A stretch of 51,244 bases of DNA from Candidatus Margulisiibacteriota bacterium (GTDB taxonomy: Bacteria; Margulisbacteria; WOR-1; CAVSGV01; JBHPDX01): positions 1 through 51,244 of the forward strand of contig JBHPDX010000003.1 in the NCBI GenBank assembly GCA_042577445.1. Direction: 5' to 3'. Position numbers and translations under genes: made by a program. How positions within the stretch are numbered: position 1 is the first letter of the stretch; every line of letters begins with the position of its first letter. The notes beneath the pieces were generated by a model. That model saw nothing but the letters and a program-made list of their open reading frames with translations, did not search any database and was not told the DNA's origin. Below are positions 1 through 9,078 of the stretch, one piece after another.

Positions 1-1034
1 ATCTCTTCAACTTTTATAGCGTCCCACAGCGTTTCCATGATATACCTGCCTAGCTGCCGCAGCCGCATGACCGAAGCCAAAGCCCTGCTGACATCCCGCA
101 GTGTTTTTTCGTAATCGTATCCGGCCTTGAAGAACAGTTTATCAAATATCTTCTGCAAAGCGCCCAATAACGGCTGATAAGCAATGGTGACCACCACCGA
201 GGCAATGAACATGACAAGTAAAGATCCGTAAGCCGGGACCCCTATCGATAATCTTTCTAAAGCAACGATCGCAGAAAAATAGATCCCCATGACCACCATG
301 ATCATGGCCGAATATGCCAGCCCTTTTTGGATCACAGCGGCTATATTCCTCAGCCGGTGCGTAGTAATAGAATAAGCCACGAAAGATGTCATAACAACGA
401 AAGAAAAAGGTCCTAACCTGTAAAGCTCCTTGATGCCAAAAAGCGAAGGAAGTACGAGAGTTGTAGCCATCCAGATGGAGCCGGAAATGGCAGCGCCCAG
501 GAACATATAGCCGATCCGAGCCTTCTTAAGGCCATGGGCCGATCTATATTCCACGGCCAGATTATAGAAAGCATACGTCACATATGACAAAAAATAAACA
601 ATGAAAAGCGAATATAACGGACCGTATACATATTTAACTCCCCAGGACATCAGCTGCACATCAGATACCATCAGGTCCGTGGGAGAGATCAATAAGAAGA
701 CCACTGCGGGAAGGAAAAAGAACACAGAACGGGTAAATGCGGAATACTGGACCTTCTTTAGAAAGACGAACGTAAAGTATAAGAACGTCCCGGGAATGAA
801 AGCCGCGCCTATAAATACTGTCTTACTCCAAAATAATGCGCTATCAACATTAGCGGATACATTGGCGAAGTAGTCACCCAATATCCAGACCGCGACGAAA
901 ACAGTGACAGCGGCAAAAGATCTATTCAGGTCGTTCTTCACGTTCCTTGACAGGACAAAGGATCCAAGAAAAACATTAATGACAAAAGATATGAAAAGAA
1001 CAAGGCTTTTTATATTAAGAAAACTATACTCCAC
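1..1034 (-). CDS. Membrane sensor protein with N-terminal 7TM (HisKA_7TM-like) domain, 3' end runs off the window
   Basis: Not in the ORF track. Hand-translated open frame from GTG at 1034 (overlapping the glmU stop): ..KSLVLFISFVINVFLGSFVLSRNVKNDLNRSFAAVTVFVAVWILGDYF..FWSKTVFIGAAFIPGTFLYFTF.., multiple TM helices, then FDKLFFKAGYDYEKTLRDVSRAL, the linker typical before GAF/kinase output domains. Confidence 0.8.
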   Translation of the reverse strand, partial: MEYSFLNIKSLVLFISFVINVFLGSFVLSRNVKNDLNRSFAAVTVFVAVWILGDYFANVSANVDSALFWSKTVFIGAAFIPGTFLYFTFVFLKKVQYSAFTRSVFFFLPAVVFLLISPTDLMVSDVQLMSWGVKYVYGPLYSLFIVYFLSYVTYAFYNLAVEYRSAHGLKKARIGYMFLGAAISGSIWMATTLVLPSLFGIKELYRLGPFSFVVMTSFVAYSITTHRLRNIAAVIQKGLAYSAMIMVVMGIYFSAIVALERLSIGVPAYGSLLVMFIASVVVTIAYQPLLGALQKIFDKLFFKAGYDYEKTLRDVSRALASVMRLRQLGRYIMETLWDAIKVEE

Positions 1035-1764
1035 GCTTACACAGCTCCTCTAAATGCAAAAGATCCTCTTTGGTATTTACGCCCAAAACCTCTGTCGCGT
1101 CGGCAGCCTTAAAAGCGCAAACAGTCCTGCCCGAAGACTTTAATATACCTATGACATCCGTCAAATAATACTCTTTCTGGGCATTATCGCTTTTCAGCTT
1201 CGGCAAAGCATTAAAAAGATCTTGATTGTTGAAGCAATATGTCCCCGTATTGATCTCTTTGACAGCTAATTCGTCCTTGCCGGCATCTTTTTTCTCTATG
1301 ATCCTGACGAGGCCTCCGCTGCCATCCCGCACGATCCTCCCGTAGGCGCCCGGATCGTCAAGGTCTGCGGTTAAAACCGTGGCGGCTGACCCCATTTTCT
1401 CATGGAAAGCCACCAGATCCTTTATTGTTTTTGGCTTGATCAAAGGAACATCCCCATTCAAGACCACTGTTGTTCCGGTAAGATCTTTAAGCAGGGAGCC
1501 GACCTGCATGACGGCATGCCCTGTTCCAAGCTGTTCCTTCTGCTCTACAAAGTTAACCTGGTATTTTTCGCAGGCTTCCTTCACTAATTCAGCTTTATAT
1601 CCGACCACTACATATACATTCCCGCCGGACCCTGCTTTTTGCACAGCTTCAACGACCCATGCGATCAACGGTTTACCGCATATACTATGGTAAACTTTAG
1701 GCAGGTCCGAGTTCATTCGGATCCCTTTGCCCGCTGCCAGTATTATTGCTGCCGTATCCGACAT
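1024..1764 (-). CDS. glmU: GlmU-type UDP-GlcNAc pyrophosphorylase domain only (no acetyltransferase beta-helix)
   Basis: LAAGKGIRM..SDLPKV, EQLGTGHAV, LNGDVPL, YGRIVR, IIEKKDA, EINTGTY, NAQKEYYLTD, GVNT motifs; ends at 246 aa. Confidence 0.85.
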   Translation of the reverse strand: MSDTAAIILAAGKGIRMNSDLPKVYHSICGKPLIAWVVEAVQKAGSGGNVYVVVGYKAELVKEACEKYQVNFVEQKEQLGTGHAVMQVGSLLKDLTGTTVVLNGDVPLIKPKTIKDLVAFHEKMGSAATVLTADLDDPGAYGRIVRDGSGGLVRIIEKKDAGKDELAVKEINTGTYCFNNQDLFNALPKLKSDNAQKEYYLTDVIGILKSSGRTVCAFKAADATEVLGVNTKEDLLHLEELCKRGV

Positions 1765-1834
1765 TTTTGCCTCTCAAATACCAAATATGAGACGTATTAT
1801 ATAACATTCAAGAAGATTGCACACCCCCTATTCC

Positions 1835-1864
1835 TTGACATGCCCTTTATAGCCGTGATATATT
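1835..1864 (+). promoter_or_regulatory. Putative sigma70 promoter for the RRM-yqeK-LCP-rsfS operon
   Basis: TTGACA (1835), 18-nt spacer, extended -10 TGaTATATT. Confidence 0.5.
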
Positions 1865-1931
1865 GCTTTCACAAAGTTATAAGGGGAATGTTAAAGGCTT
1901 GAAGCATCATGATTCCAGTAAAAAATATCAT

Positions 1932-1972
1932 AAAAGGCCAGAGATCACGTGATTTTTGGTCTTTTTTGTTTT
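1932..1972 (+). terminator. Terminator-like hairpin in the 5' leader of the RRM gene
   Basis: AAAAGGCCAGAGATCA-CG-TGATTTTTGGTCTTTT followed by a T-run. Confidence 0.55.
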
Positions 1973-1995
1973 AAAAGGGTCAAGGAGGTGAATAA

Positions 1996-2295
1996 GTGAC
2001 AAAAACATTATATGTAGGCAACATGCTGTGGACGACCAAAGAAGATGAGATCACTGCATCATTCGAAGCCCACGGCGAGGTAATATCTGCAAGGATCGTA
2101 ACCGACAAAGTAACAGGCAAATCCAAAGGTTTCGGGTTTGTTGAAGTGAACGATGAGGATGCGCCAAAAATGGTAAAGACCATGAACGGCTTTAATCTGG
2201 GCGGACGGGAAATAATCGTTAATGAAGCCAGGCCCAAAAGACAAAGCCCATCAACAGGACGGGGTGCTCCTGGCCAACCGGAAGACAATGCATAG
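1996..2295 (+). CDS. RRM-domain RNA-binding protein
   Basis: RNP2 LYVGNM and RNP1 KGFGFVEV; SD AGGAGG before GTG. Confidence 0.95.
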   Translation: MTKTLYVGNMLWTTKEDEITASFEAHGEVISARIVTDKVTGKSKGFGFVEVNDEDAPKMVKTMNGFNLGGREIIVNEARPKRQSPSTGRGAPGQPEDNA

Positions 2296-2869
2296 CAAAG
2301 ATCGATCCATTACAGAAAAACTTAAAGGGATGCTGGACGCTCCTAGGTTCGAACATTCCCTCCGGGTCCAGCAATTGTCAATAACGCTGGCAAAACACTA
2401 TAAAGCAGACCAGGAAAAAGCGAGCATAGCCGGCCTTCTCCATGATTGCGCGCGTTACCTCTCGCCGAACGAATTCATTATAAAAGCCGAAGAACTGGGC
2501 CTTCATATTGAGCCTATCATGCGGTTCGAGCCGAAGCTGCTTCACGCGCCGCTCTCCGGATGTTTTGCAAAGACGGATTTCGGCATTGATGATGCTGATG
2601 TCATAGCAGCCATTGAAAAGCATACTATCGGCTCCCCTGAAATGACCGTTCTGGAGAAGATAATCTATATTGCCGACCATGTAGAGCCGGAGAGGAACTA
2701 TCCAGGGGTCGACAAAGCAAGGGATCTCATGAATGAAAATATCGATGAAACTGTATCAATAATAGCCTCATGTATGATAAAATATCTGTTAGAAAAAGAG
2801 AAGCCGGTCCATCCGTTGGCTTTGGAAACGAGGAATTACCACTTAAGGAAAGCTAAAAAACTGTGGTGA
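2288..2869 (+). CDS. yqeK: HD-domain Ap4A hydrolase YqeK
   Basis: RFEHSLRV, LLHDCA, LHAPL, HTIG, IYIADHVEP; ATG 2288 overlaps the RRM stop; yqeK-LCP-rsfS synteny. Confidence 0.9.
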   Translation: MHSKDRSITEKLKGMLDAPRFEHSLRVQQLSITLAKHYKADQEKASIAGLLHDCARYLSPNEFIIKAEELGLHIEPIMRFEPKLLHAPLSGCFAKTDFGIDDADVIAAIEKHTIGSPEMTVLEKIIYIADHVEPERNYPGVDKARDLMNENIDETVSIIASCMIKYLLEKEKPVHPLALETRNYHLRKAKKLW

Positions 2870-4008
2870 GTAAAAAATTAAAAAAACAGACAACTGCTCG
2901 AAAGCATAATATTCATATGTTCAGGAAAGTGAAGTTGTCAAAACAGGTTGATCCAGCACCCTCACGAGAAACAGCAAAGCACACCGCCTTAAGAGAAAGA
3001 CCCAGAACGCGCAGAAAAACAGAGAGCATATTACATCAACAACTCAGGTATCGCGACGAAAAACCCAGAAGATCCAGGAAACCTCTATTAATAGCTGCTG
3101 TGCTGATATTTTTGATATTGTTCTCCTCAACTTTAGGGGTCGTTATATCGATATCCGCAAAATTCGCGCTCCTTGAAACATTTTTAACAATGATGTCAGC
3201 TTCCGGATTCTCCAATGAAACTAACATTATGGTCGTGGGGCTTGATTCTGGACGCAGATACCACAGGGCGGATACAATAATGATCTTGAACGTTGATCCG
3301 AACACGCAAAAAGTTTCCGTCGTATCGATCCCAAGAGACACCCTGCTCCGCGTACCCGGCATGGGATTGACCAAAGTGAACCACTCTTTCGTTTACGGCG
3401 GCTCAAAGCTCACAAAAAAAGCGCTGGAAGATTTTCTTGACGTAAGGATACCTTTTACCGTATCGATAGATATGGCCGGACTGGCAAATGTTATAGACGC
3501 TTTGGGCGGGATCACCGTGGACGTGGAAAAAAGGATGTATTATGTGGACTACGCGGGCGGGCTATACATCAACCTTTACCCCGGCAGGCAGGTTTTGAGC
3601 GGAAGAAGGGCGATCGGCTATGTCAGGTTCAGGAATGACGGCAGAGGGGATTTCGGCAGGATATCCCGCCAGCAAAAATTCGTCAAAGCGCTGGCTCAGA
3701 AGATAATAACCCACAAAAGCGTGCTTAAGACCCCCAAGCTGATAATGTCCCTCCTTTCAAATATAGACACGAACCTGTCTTCCAGGCAGATCATGGCGAT
3801 CTCCATGTCCATGAGGCAGGCGCTTGATATAGGGAATATCGAGATGGCCACTATTCCGGGCTCGGGCGTTATGATAGACAAGGTATATTATATGAAACCA
3901 AACATGTATGAAACAAGAAGGATCGTGACCAAGCTTCTTAAACCAGGCAAAAGTGCAGGTTATGTGGAAAGCGGCACACAGCTGGGAATGGGAGGAGCAT
4001 CACAATAA
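2863..4008 (+). CDS. LCP (LytR-CpsA-Psr) family glycopolymer transferase
   Basis: Single TM helix, then VVGLD, RADTIM, SIPRDT, YVRFR, DFGRISRQQ. Confidence 0.92.
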   Translation: MVSKKLKKQTTARKHNIHMFRKVKLSKQVDPAPSRETAKHTALRERPRTRRKTESILHQQLRYRDEKPRRSRKPLLIAAVLIFLILFSSTLGVVISISAKFALLETFLTMMSASGFSNETNIMVVGLDSGRRYHRADTIMILNVDPNTQKVSVVSIPRDTLLRVPGMGLTKVNHSFVYGGSKLTKKALEDFLDVRIPFTVSIDMAGLANVIDALGGITVDVEKRMYYVDYAGGLYINLYPGRQVLSGRRAIGYVRFRNDGRGDFGRISRQQKFVKALAQKIITHKSVLKTPKLIMSLLSNIDTNLSSRQIMAISMSMRQALDIGNIEMATIPGSGVMIDKVYYMKPNMYETRRIVTKLLKPGKSAGYVESGTQLGMGGASQ

Positions 4009-4382
4009 ACAAAGTAAAGAAGAAGAAAAAGACCAAACCTCTTTCACCTCATGACCTGGCGACGCAGATAGCAGAACTTGCCGCAGATAAAAAAGCATTG
4101 AACACGGAGATCCTTGATGTCTCAAAAATGGCCTCATTCACCGAATACCTGGTAATAACCTGCGGTGAATCCCCCCCGCAATTGAGGGCGATAAGCAAGT
4201 CTATTGACGAGGGTCTTTTAAAGACCGGGTTAAAAAAATCTAACTGGGAAGGGAAGCTTGAATCCAACTGGCTGATACTGGACCTGGGTTCTGTTGTGGT
4301 ACATGTCATGTCGCCGGAAGAAAGACAAAAATACGGCCTTGAAGAGATCTGGGGAAAAACGGCCGTCACCTACCATTTATAA
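4005..4382 (+). CDS. rsfS: Ribosome silencing factor RsfS (probable ATA start at 4005; ORF track starts at TTG 4098)
   Basis: AADKKA, YLVITC, QLRAI, WLILDLGSVVVHVM..ERQKYGLEEIW. Confidence 0.9.
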   Translation: MNKVKKKKKTKPLSPHDLATQIAELAADKKALNTEILDVSKMASFTEYLVITCGESPPQLRAISKSIDEGLLKTGLKKSNWEGKLESNWLILDLGSVVVHVMSPEERQKYGLEEIWGKTAVTYHL

Positions 4383-4435
4383 ACTTCATAATTGACCTGT
4401 TTGTGATATAATATTTTCCTCGTTTGGATTTTGAT

Positions 4436-4508
4436 GGGGCCGTAGTTCAGCTGGGAGAACGCCAGACTGGCAGTCTGGAGGTCAGGGGTTCGATCCCCCT
4501 CGGCTCCA
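4436..4508 (+). tRNA. tRNA-Ala(GGC), CCA not encoded
   Basis: Cloverleaf GGGGCCG..CGGCTCC-A with G3:U70; anticodon arm CCAGA-CTGGCAG-TCTGG; TTCGA T-loop; extended -10 TGaTATAAT at 4404-4412. Confidence 0.97.
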
Positions 4509-4542
4509 TTTTCTATTTTTCTTTACCGCGTAGAAGTCAATT

Positions 4543-6081
4543 TTATCCCATGATCTTTTCAACGGTTTTGACGGCGTCAACGGCCGAACTGGTAATGCCG
4601 CCGGCATAGCCGGATCCCTCACCAACCGGATAAAAATTGGGGAAATTAACTGACCGCCGGTCTTGGTCCCGTAATATCCTTACCGGAGAAGAAGTCCTGC
4701 TTTCCGGAGCCATAAGAACAGCTTTTTCACAAATAAATAACGGGAATCTATTTCCCCAATATTTAAAGGCGGCAACAAGGCTTTGAGATATAAATTCGGG
4801 GAATACTTCCTTTATCTCTACTGAGAATGTGTCCATTTTAAATGAATTTGGGTTGATCTTTACCGACCTGGCCGAATTCAAGAAATCTAACAAATTTTGT
4901 GCCGGAGCACGCCAAGAGTCGTAGGCTTTTGATTCGATCATTCTCTGAAATTCTATGCCCGCCAGGGGATGCGACGACCCAAATTTATCCGGAGTAACCG
5001 AAGCAACGATCGCCGCGTTAGAGAACGGGCTGCTGCGCTTTGAGTTGCTCATCCCGTTTAAAGCTAACCTCCCATTTTCCGAAGATGCATTCACTATTTC
5101 CCCTCCCGGGCACATGCAAAACGAAAATACCCCATTATGCGTTAAAGCATAATCAGCCGGACCAAGATTAGGATGATCTTTATACTTTTCACCGTACTGC
5201 ATCAAGTTGATCATTTCTGCCGGATGCTCCACTCTTACCCCGACCGCAAATGGTTTTTGCTCGATCTTAATGCCTTTTTCATTAAGCATTTGGAGCGTAT
5301 CCCGGGCAGAATGTCCGATGGCTAAGACAAGTGTGGACGAAAAACACTTTTGCTGCCCATTGATCTCGACTCCTTTCAAGATACCACTTTCAATTATAAG
5401 ATCGGTTACTTTTGACCGAAAATGCATCTCCCCACCCGAGCGCACAATAAACTCCCGTATATTTTTAATTATCTTACAGAGCTTGTCAGTTCCCAGATGC
5501 GGCCTGTTCGTATAGGCGATTTCGTCCGGCGCCCCGAATTTTATAAATGTATCGAGAATATCCGCCACATAACCCGTTTCTTTGATCCTGGTGGTTAACT
5601 TGCCGTCCGAATATGTTCCTGCCCCACCCTCCCCAAATTGAGCATTTGATTCCGGATCTAAAACCCTGCTTTTCTCAAAGTGACGGATATCTTCCATTCT
5701 CTGGTCTACTTTTTTGCCTCTCTCGAATATTATCGGCTTGATCCCGTATTTCAAAAATGTTAACGCCGCGAATATTCCCGCCGGGCCTAAACCAATGATC
5801 ACCGGGCGATCTTTTAACGTGTTCTTGATCTCTCTTTTGCGGGGCTTTTCAGGCACTTGCGGAAGGTTTCTTTTGTTCTTATATTTTTCGGGAACGGTCA
5901 CAGCCAACAACAAATCATAATAAAACTGCCGTTTATCTCGGGCATCCAGGGACTTTTTTAGGATCTTTAAATTTAAAACATTTGCTTCAGCTATCCCAAG
6001 TTTCTTGGATGCCAATGTTTTGTAGGTAGAAAGATCATCTTCTTCCAGCCGGACTTTGATATTGCGGAGTATTAGGTCCAT
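4543..6081 (-). CDS. Uncharacterised FAD-dependent oxidoreductase (COG2509-like)
   Basis: GLGPAG Rossmann motif, FGEGGAGTYSDGKL, FCMCPGG, GEGSGYAGGITSSAVD. Confidence 0.88.
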   Translation of the reverse strand: MDLILRNIKVRLEEDDLSTYKTLASKKLGIAEANVLNLKILKKSLDARDKRQFYYDLLLAVTVPEKYKNKRNLPQVPEKPRKREIKNTLKDRPVIIGLGPAGIFAALTFLKYGIKPIIFERGKKVDQRMEDIRHFEKSRVLDPESNAQFGEGGAGTYSDGKLTTRIKETGYVADILDTFIKFGAPDEIAYTNRPHLGTDKLCKIIKNIREFIVRSGGEMHFRSKVTDLIIESGILKGVEINGQQKCFSSTLVLAIGHSARDTLQMLNEKGIKIEQKPFAVGVRVEHPAEMINLMQYGEKYKDHPNLGPADYALTHNGVFSFCMCPGGEIVNASSENGRLALNGMSNSKRSSPFSNAAIVASVTPDKFGSSHPLAGIEFQRMIESKAYDSWRAPAQNLLDFLNSARSVKINPNSFKMDTFSVEIKEVFPEFISQSLVAAFKYWGNRFPLFICEKAVLMAPESRTSSPVRILRDQDRRSVNFPNFYPVGEGSGYAGGITSSAVDAVKTVEKIMG

Positions 6082-6242
6082 AAGTTAATAATAACAACAG
6101 GCAAAGGGGGGCGCAACCTGATTATGTCTTATGTAATATTAGTCAACAAAATAGCCGCAAACAGAACTTCCTTCTTGAAAATCACCAGAAAAGTGATATC
6201 ATAGTTGGCTGTTTTGCTTTTAAATAATAGGAGGAACAAAAA

Positions 6243-8933
6243 ATGGCAAAGAAATCAAAGAAACCAGTATCCAAAAAATCGACAGGAAATAAATTCGTTT
6301 ACTTTTTCGGTAACGGAAAGGCGGACGGGAACGGGCAGATGAAAGACCTTCTTGGAGGAAAAGGAGCGAACCTGGCCGAAATGACGAACGCTGGAGTTCC
6401 TGTGCCTCCGGGATTCACGATAACCACATCGGTCTGCAATGAATTCAGCAAGAACAACAACAAGGTCCCCACTGTGGTCGAGACACAAATGAGTGAATAC
6501 GTTAAAAAGCTTGAAAATACGATGGGGGCAAAACTGGGAGAAGTCAGCAATCCTTTACTGGTATCCGTAAGGTCCGGAGCAAAATTCTCCATGCCGGGCA
6601 TGATGGACACGATCCTCAACCTAGGCTTGAACGATGAGACAGTACAAGGCCTTATAACAAAAACAAAGAACGAGAGGTTCGCGCTGGACTGCTACAGGCG
6701 CTTCATACAAATGTTCGGCAACGTGGTCCTTGAAATAGAAAAGAACGAATTCGAGCATCTGATAACCGAAAAAAAAGAAGAAATGAACATTAAACTGGAT
6801 ACAGACCTTACTCCCGGAGCATTAAGAGACCTGATATCAAAGTATAAGAAGGTCGTAAAAGAGCATTCCGGAAAAGATTTCCCGCAGGACCCTAAAAAGC
6901 AGCTTGAAATGGCAAGGGATGCAGTATTTAGATCGTGGAACAATCCCCGCGCTATAACCTACAGAAAACTTAACGATATACCCGGGAGCTTAGGGACCGC
7001 GGTCAACATACAGACCATGGTCTTCGGTAATATGGGAGATGACTCGGCGACCGGAGTAGGCTTTACGAGAAATCCGGCGAACGGCGAAGACGAATTCTAC
7101 GGCGAATACCTGACCAACGCCCAGGGAGAAGACGTTGTTGCCGGCGTGCGCACCCCCAACCCTATCAATGAACTTGAGAAAGAAATGTCCACCGTCTATA
7201 AACAGCTGAGAACTATAACCAGCAAACTGGAAAAACACTACAGGGATGTGCAGGATTTTGAGTTCACCATCCAAAAAGGCAAGCTATTCATGCTCCAGAC
7301 AAGAACAGGAAAGCGTACGACTCATGCGGCGATAAAAATAGCTGTAGATATGGTCAAGGAAAAGCTGATCACAAAAAAGGAAGCGATACTAAGAATAGAT
7401 CCTGCCCAGCTGGATCAACTCCTCCATCCGATCATTGATCCAAAAGCAAAGTTAAAGGTGATCGCAAAGGGGCTTCCGGCATCTCCGGGCGCAGCCTCAG
7501 GGATCGCGATATTTACCGCCGATGAAGCGGCAAAAAGAGGGGAAAAAGAGAAGGTTCTCCTCGTCAGGAATGAAACCTGCCCGGATGACATCCATGGAAT
7601 GAACGCAGCACAGGGAATACTTACCGCCAGAGGCGGGATGACATCCCACGCTGCGGTAGTGGCAAGAGGAATGGGTAAATGCTGCGTCGCAGGCTGCGAA
7701 GAAATAAAAGTGAGTGAAGCTAAAAAACAATTCACGTCCGGCAGCACCGTAGTGAAAGAAGGAGATTGGGTATCCCTGAACGGAACGACCGGCGAGGTCA
7801 TTCTGGGCCAGGTCGCAACGATAGAACCCGAGCTCACCGGGGATTTCAACGAATTTATGAAATGGTCGGATGAATATAGGAAGCTGGGAGTAAGAGCCAA
7901 CGCAGACGTCCCTCATGACGCAGTAGTCGCAAGGAATTTCGGAGCAGAAGGAATAGGCCTCTGCCGTACAGAACATATGTTCTTCGCGGAAGACAGGCTC
8001 CCCTTGATGCAGAAAATGATCCTTGCCAAGAACGAAGCCGACCGCAGGGTTGCTCTGGCAAAACTATTGCCGCTCCAGAAAAGCGACTTTAAGGGCCTCT
8101 TCAAAGAAATGAAAGGCTTCCCGGTAACTATCAGACTGCTGGACCCTCCTCTGCACGAATTCCTTCCAAAAAGAGAAGAATTAATGGTAGAAGTCGCCGT
8201 AATGAAGGCCAAAGGTGAAGAGGAAGAAAAGATCGCGAAGAAGGAAGCGTTGCTTGCGCGCGTTGAAGAGCTTCATGAGTTCAACCCAATGCTCGGGCAC
8301 AGAGGATGCAGGCTCGGTATCGCTTATCCTGAGATAACTGAAATGCAGGCGCAGGCAATAATCGAAGCGGCCTGCGAACTTCAAAAAGAAGGCATGAAAA
8401 TTGTCCCGGAGATAATGATACCGCTTGTCGGCAACGTGAACGAACTTATCTCTCAAAAAGAGATCGTCAACAAGATCGCACATGAAACAATAAAGAGATT
8501 AGGCGTCAAGCTTGATTATCTTGTAGGAACAATGATCGAACTTCCAAGGGCTTGTGTGACGGCGGATGAGATAGCCAAGGAAGCGGATTTCTTTTCGTTC
8601 GGCACGAACGACCTTACGCAAACAACGCTCGGCTTTAGCCGTGACGACGTTGTTAAGTTCCTGAACTCCTATATAGATAAAGGGATCTTCGAAAAAGACC
8701 CATTTACCACAATAGATCAGGATGGCGTAGGTGCATTAGTGGAAATGGGCGTTAAAAAAGGAAGGTCAGTGAATAAAAAGCTTAAAATCGGGATCTGCGG
8801 CGAACACGGAGGAGACCCGGCATCCGTTGAATTCTGCGATAAGCTCGATCTCAACTATGTAAGCTGTTCTCCATACAGGATACCGATCGCAAGACTTGCG
8901 GCGGCACAGGCGGCAATAAAAGACAAGAAATAA
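6243..8933 (+). CDS. ppdK: Pyruvate, phosphate dikinase
   Basis: GGKGANLAEM, SMPGMMDT, TARGGMTSHAAVVARG (phospho-His), GLCRTEHMF, ICGEHGGDP. Confidence 0.98.
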   Translation: MAKKSKKPVSKKSTGNKFVYFFGNGKADGNGQMKDLLGGKGANLAEMTNAGVPVPPGFTITTSVCNEFSKNNNKVPTVVETQMSEYVKKLENTMGAKLGEVSNPLLVSVRSGAKFSMPGMMDTILNLGLNDETVQGLITKTKNERFALDCYRRFIQMFGNVVLEIEKNEFEHLITEKKEEMNIKLDTDLTPGALRDLISKYKKVVKEHSGKDFPQDPKKQLEMARDAVFRSWNNPRAITYRKLNDIPGSLGTAVNIQTMVFGNMGDDSATGVGFTRNPANGEDEFYGEYLTNAQGEDVVAGVRTPNPINELEKEMSTVYKQLRTITSKLEKHYRDVQDFEFTIQKGKLFMLQTRTGKRTTHAAIKIAVDMVKEKLITKKEAILRIDPAQLDQLLHPIIDPKAKLKVIAKGLPASPGAASGIAIFTADEAAKRGEKEKVLLVRNETCPDDIHGMNAAQGILTARGGMTSHAAVVARGMGKCCVAGCEEIKVSEAKKQFTSGSTVVKEGDWVSLNGTTGEVILGQVATIEPELTGDFNEFMKWSDEYRKLGVRANADVPHDAVVARNFGAEGIGLCRTEHMFFAEDRLPLMQKMILAKNEADRRVALAKLLPLQKSDFKGLFKEMKGFPVTIRLLDPPLHEFLPKREELMVEVAVMKAKGEEEEKIAKKEALLARVEELHEFNPMLGHRGCRLGIAYPEITEMQAQAIIEAACELQKEGMKIVPEIMIPLVGNVNELISQKEIVNKIAHETIKRLGVKLDYLVGTMIELPRACVTADEIAKEADFFSFGTNDLTQTTLGFSRDDVVKFLNSYIDKGIFEKDPFTTIDQDGVGALVEMGVKKGRSVNKKLKIGICGEHGGDPASVEFCDKLDLNYVSCSPYRIPIARLAAAQAAIKDKK

Positions 8934-9010
8934 CAGCCTGGGCTTGACAAAAGCATTGACAGATTTTTACTGCTTTAACGGCAAGATTTAAGCTTATAGT
9001 AAAAACCCCC

Positions 9011-9039
9011 TTGACAAGGTTTTATCGCTATTATATACT
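9011..9039 (+). promoter_or_regulatory. sigma70 promoter of dgt-dnaG-rpoD
   Basis: TTGACA-17 nt-TATACT. Confidence 0.65.
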
Positions 9040-9078
9040 GCCTGCTTTGCAGCATTATAAACCGCTTTGGGAGGCCAA

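Noticed and set aside
601-873. 90-aa plus-strand ORF
   Set aside because: It is antisense to the 7TM sensor frame running from 1034 to the window edge.
4424-4609. 61-aa ORF
   Set aside because: It is a translation of tRNA-Ala and the antisense end of the oxidoreductase gene.
8944-8985. Two additional TTGACA hexamers after ppdK
   Set aside because: Neither has a convincing -10 at 16-18 nt; only the copy at 9011 does.
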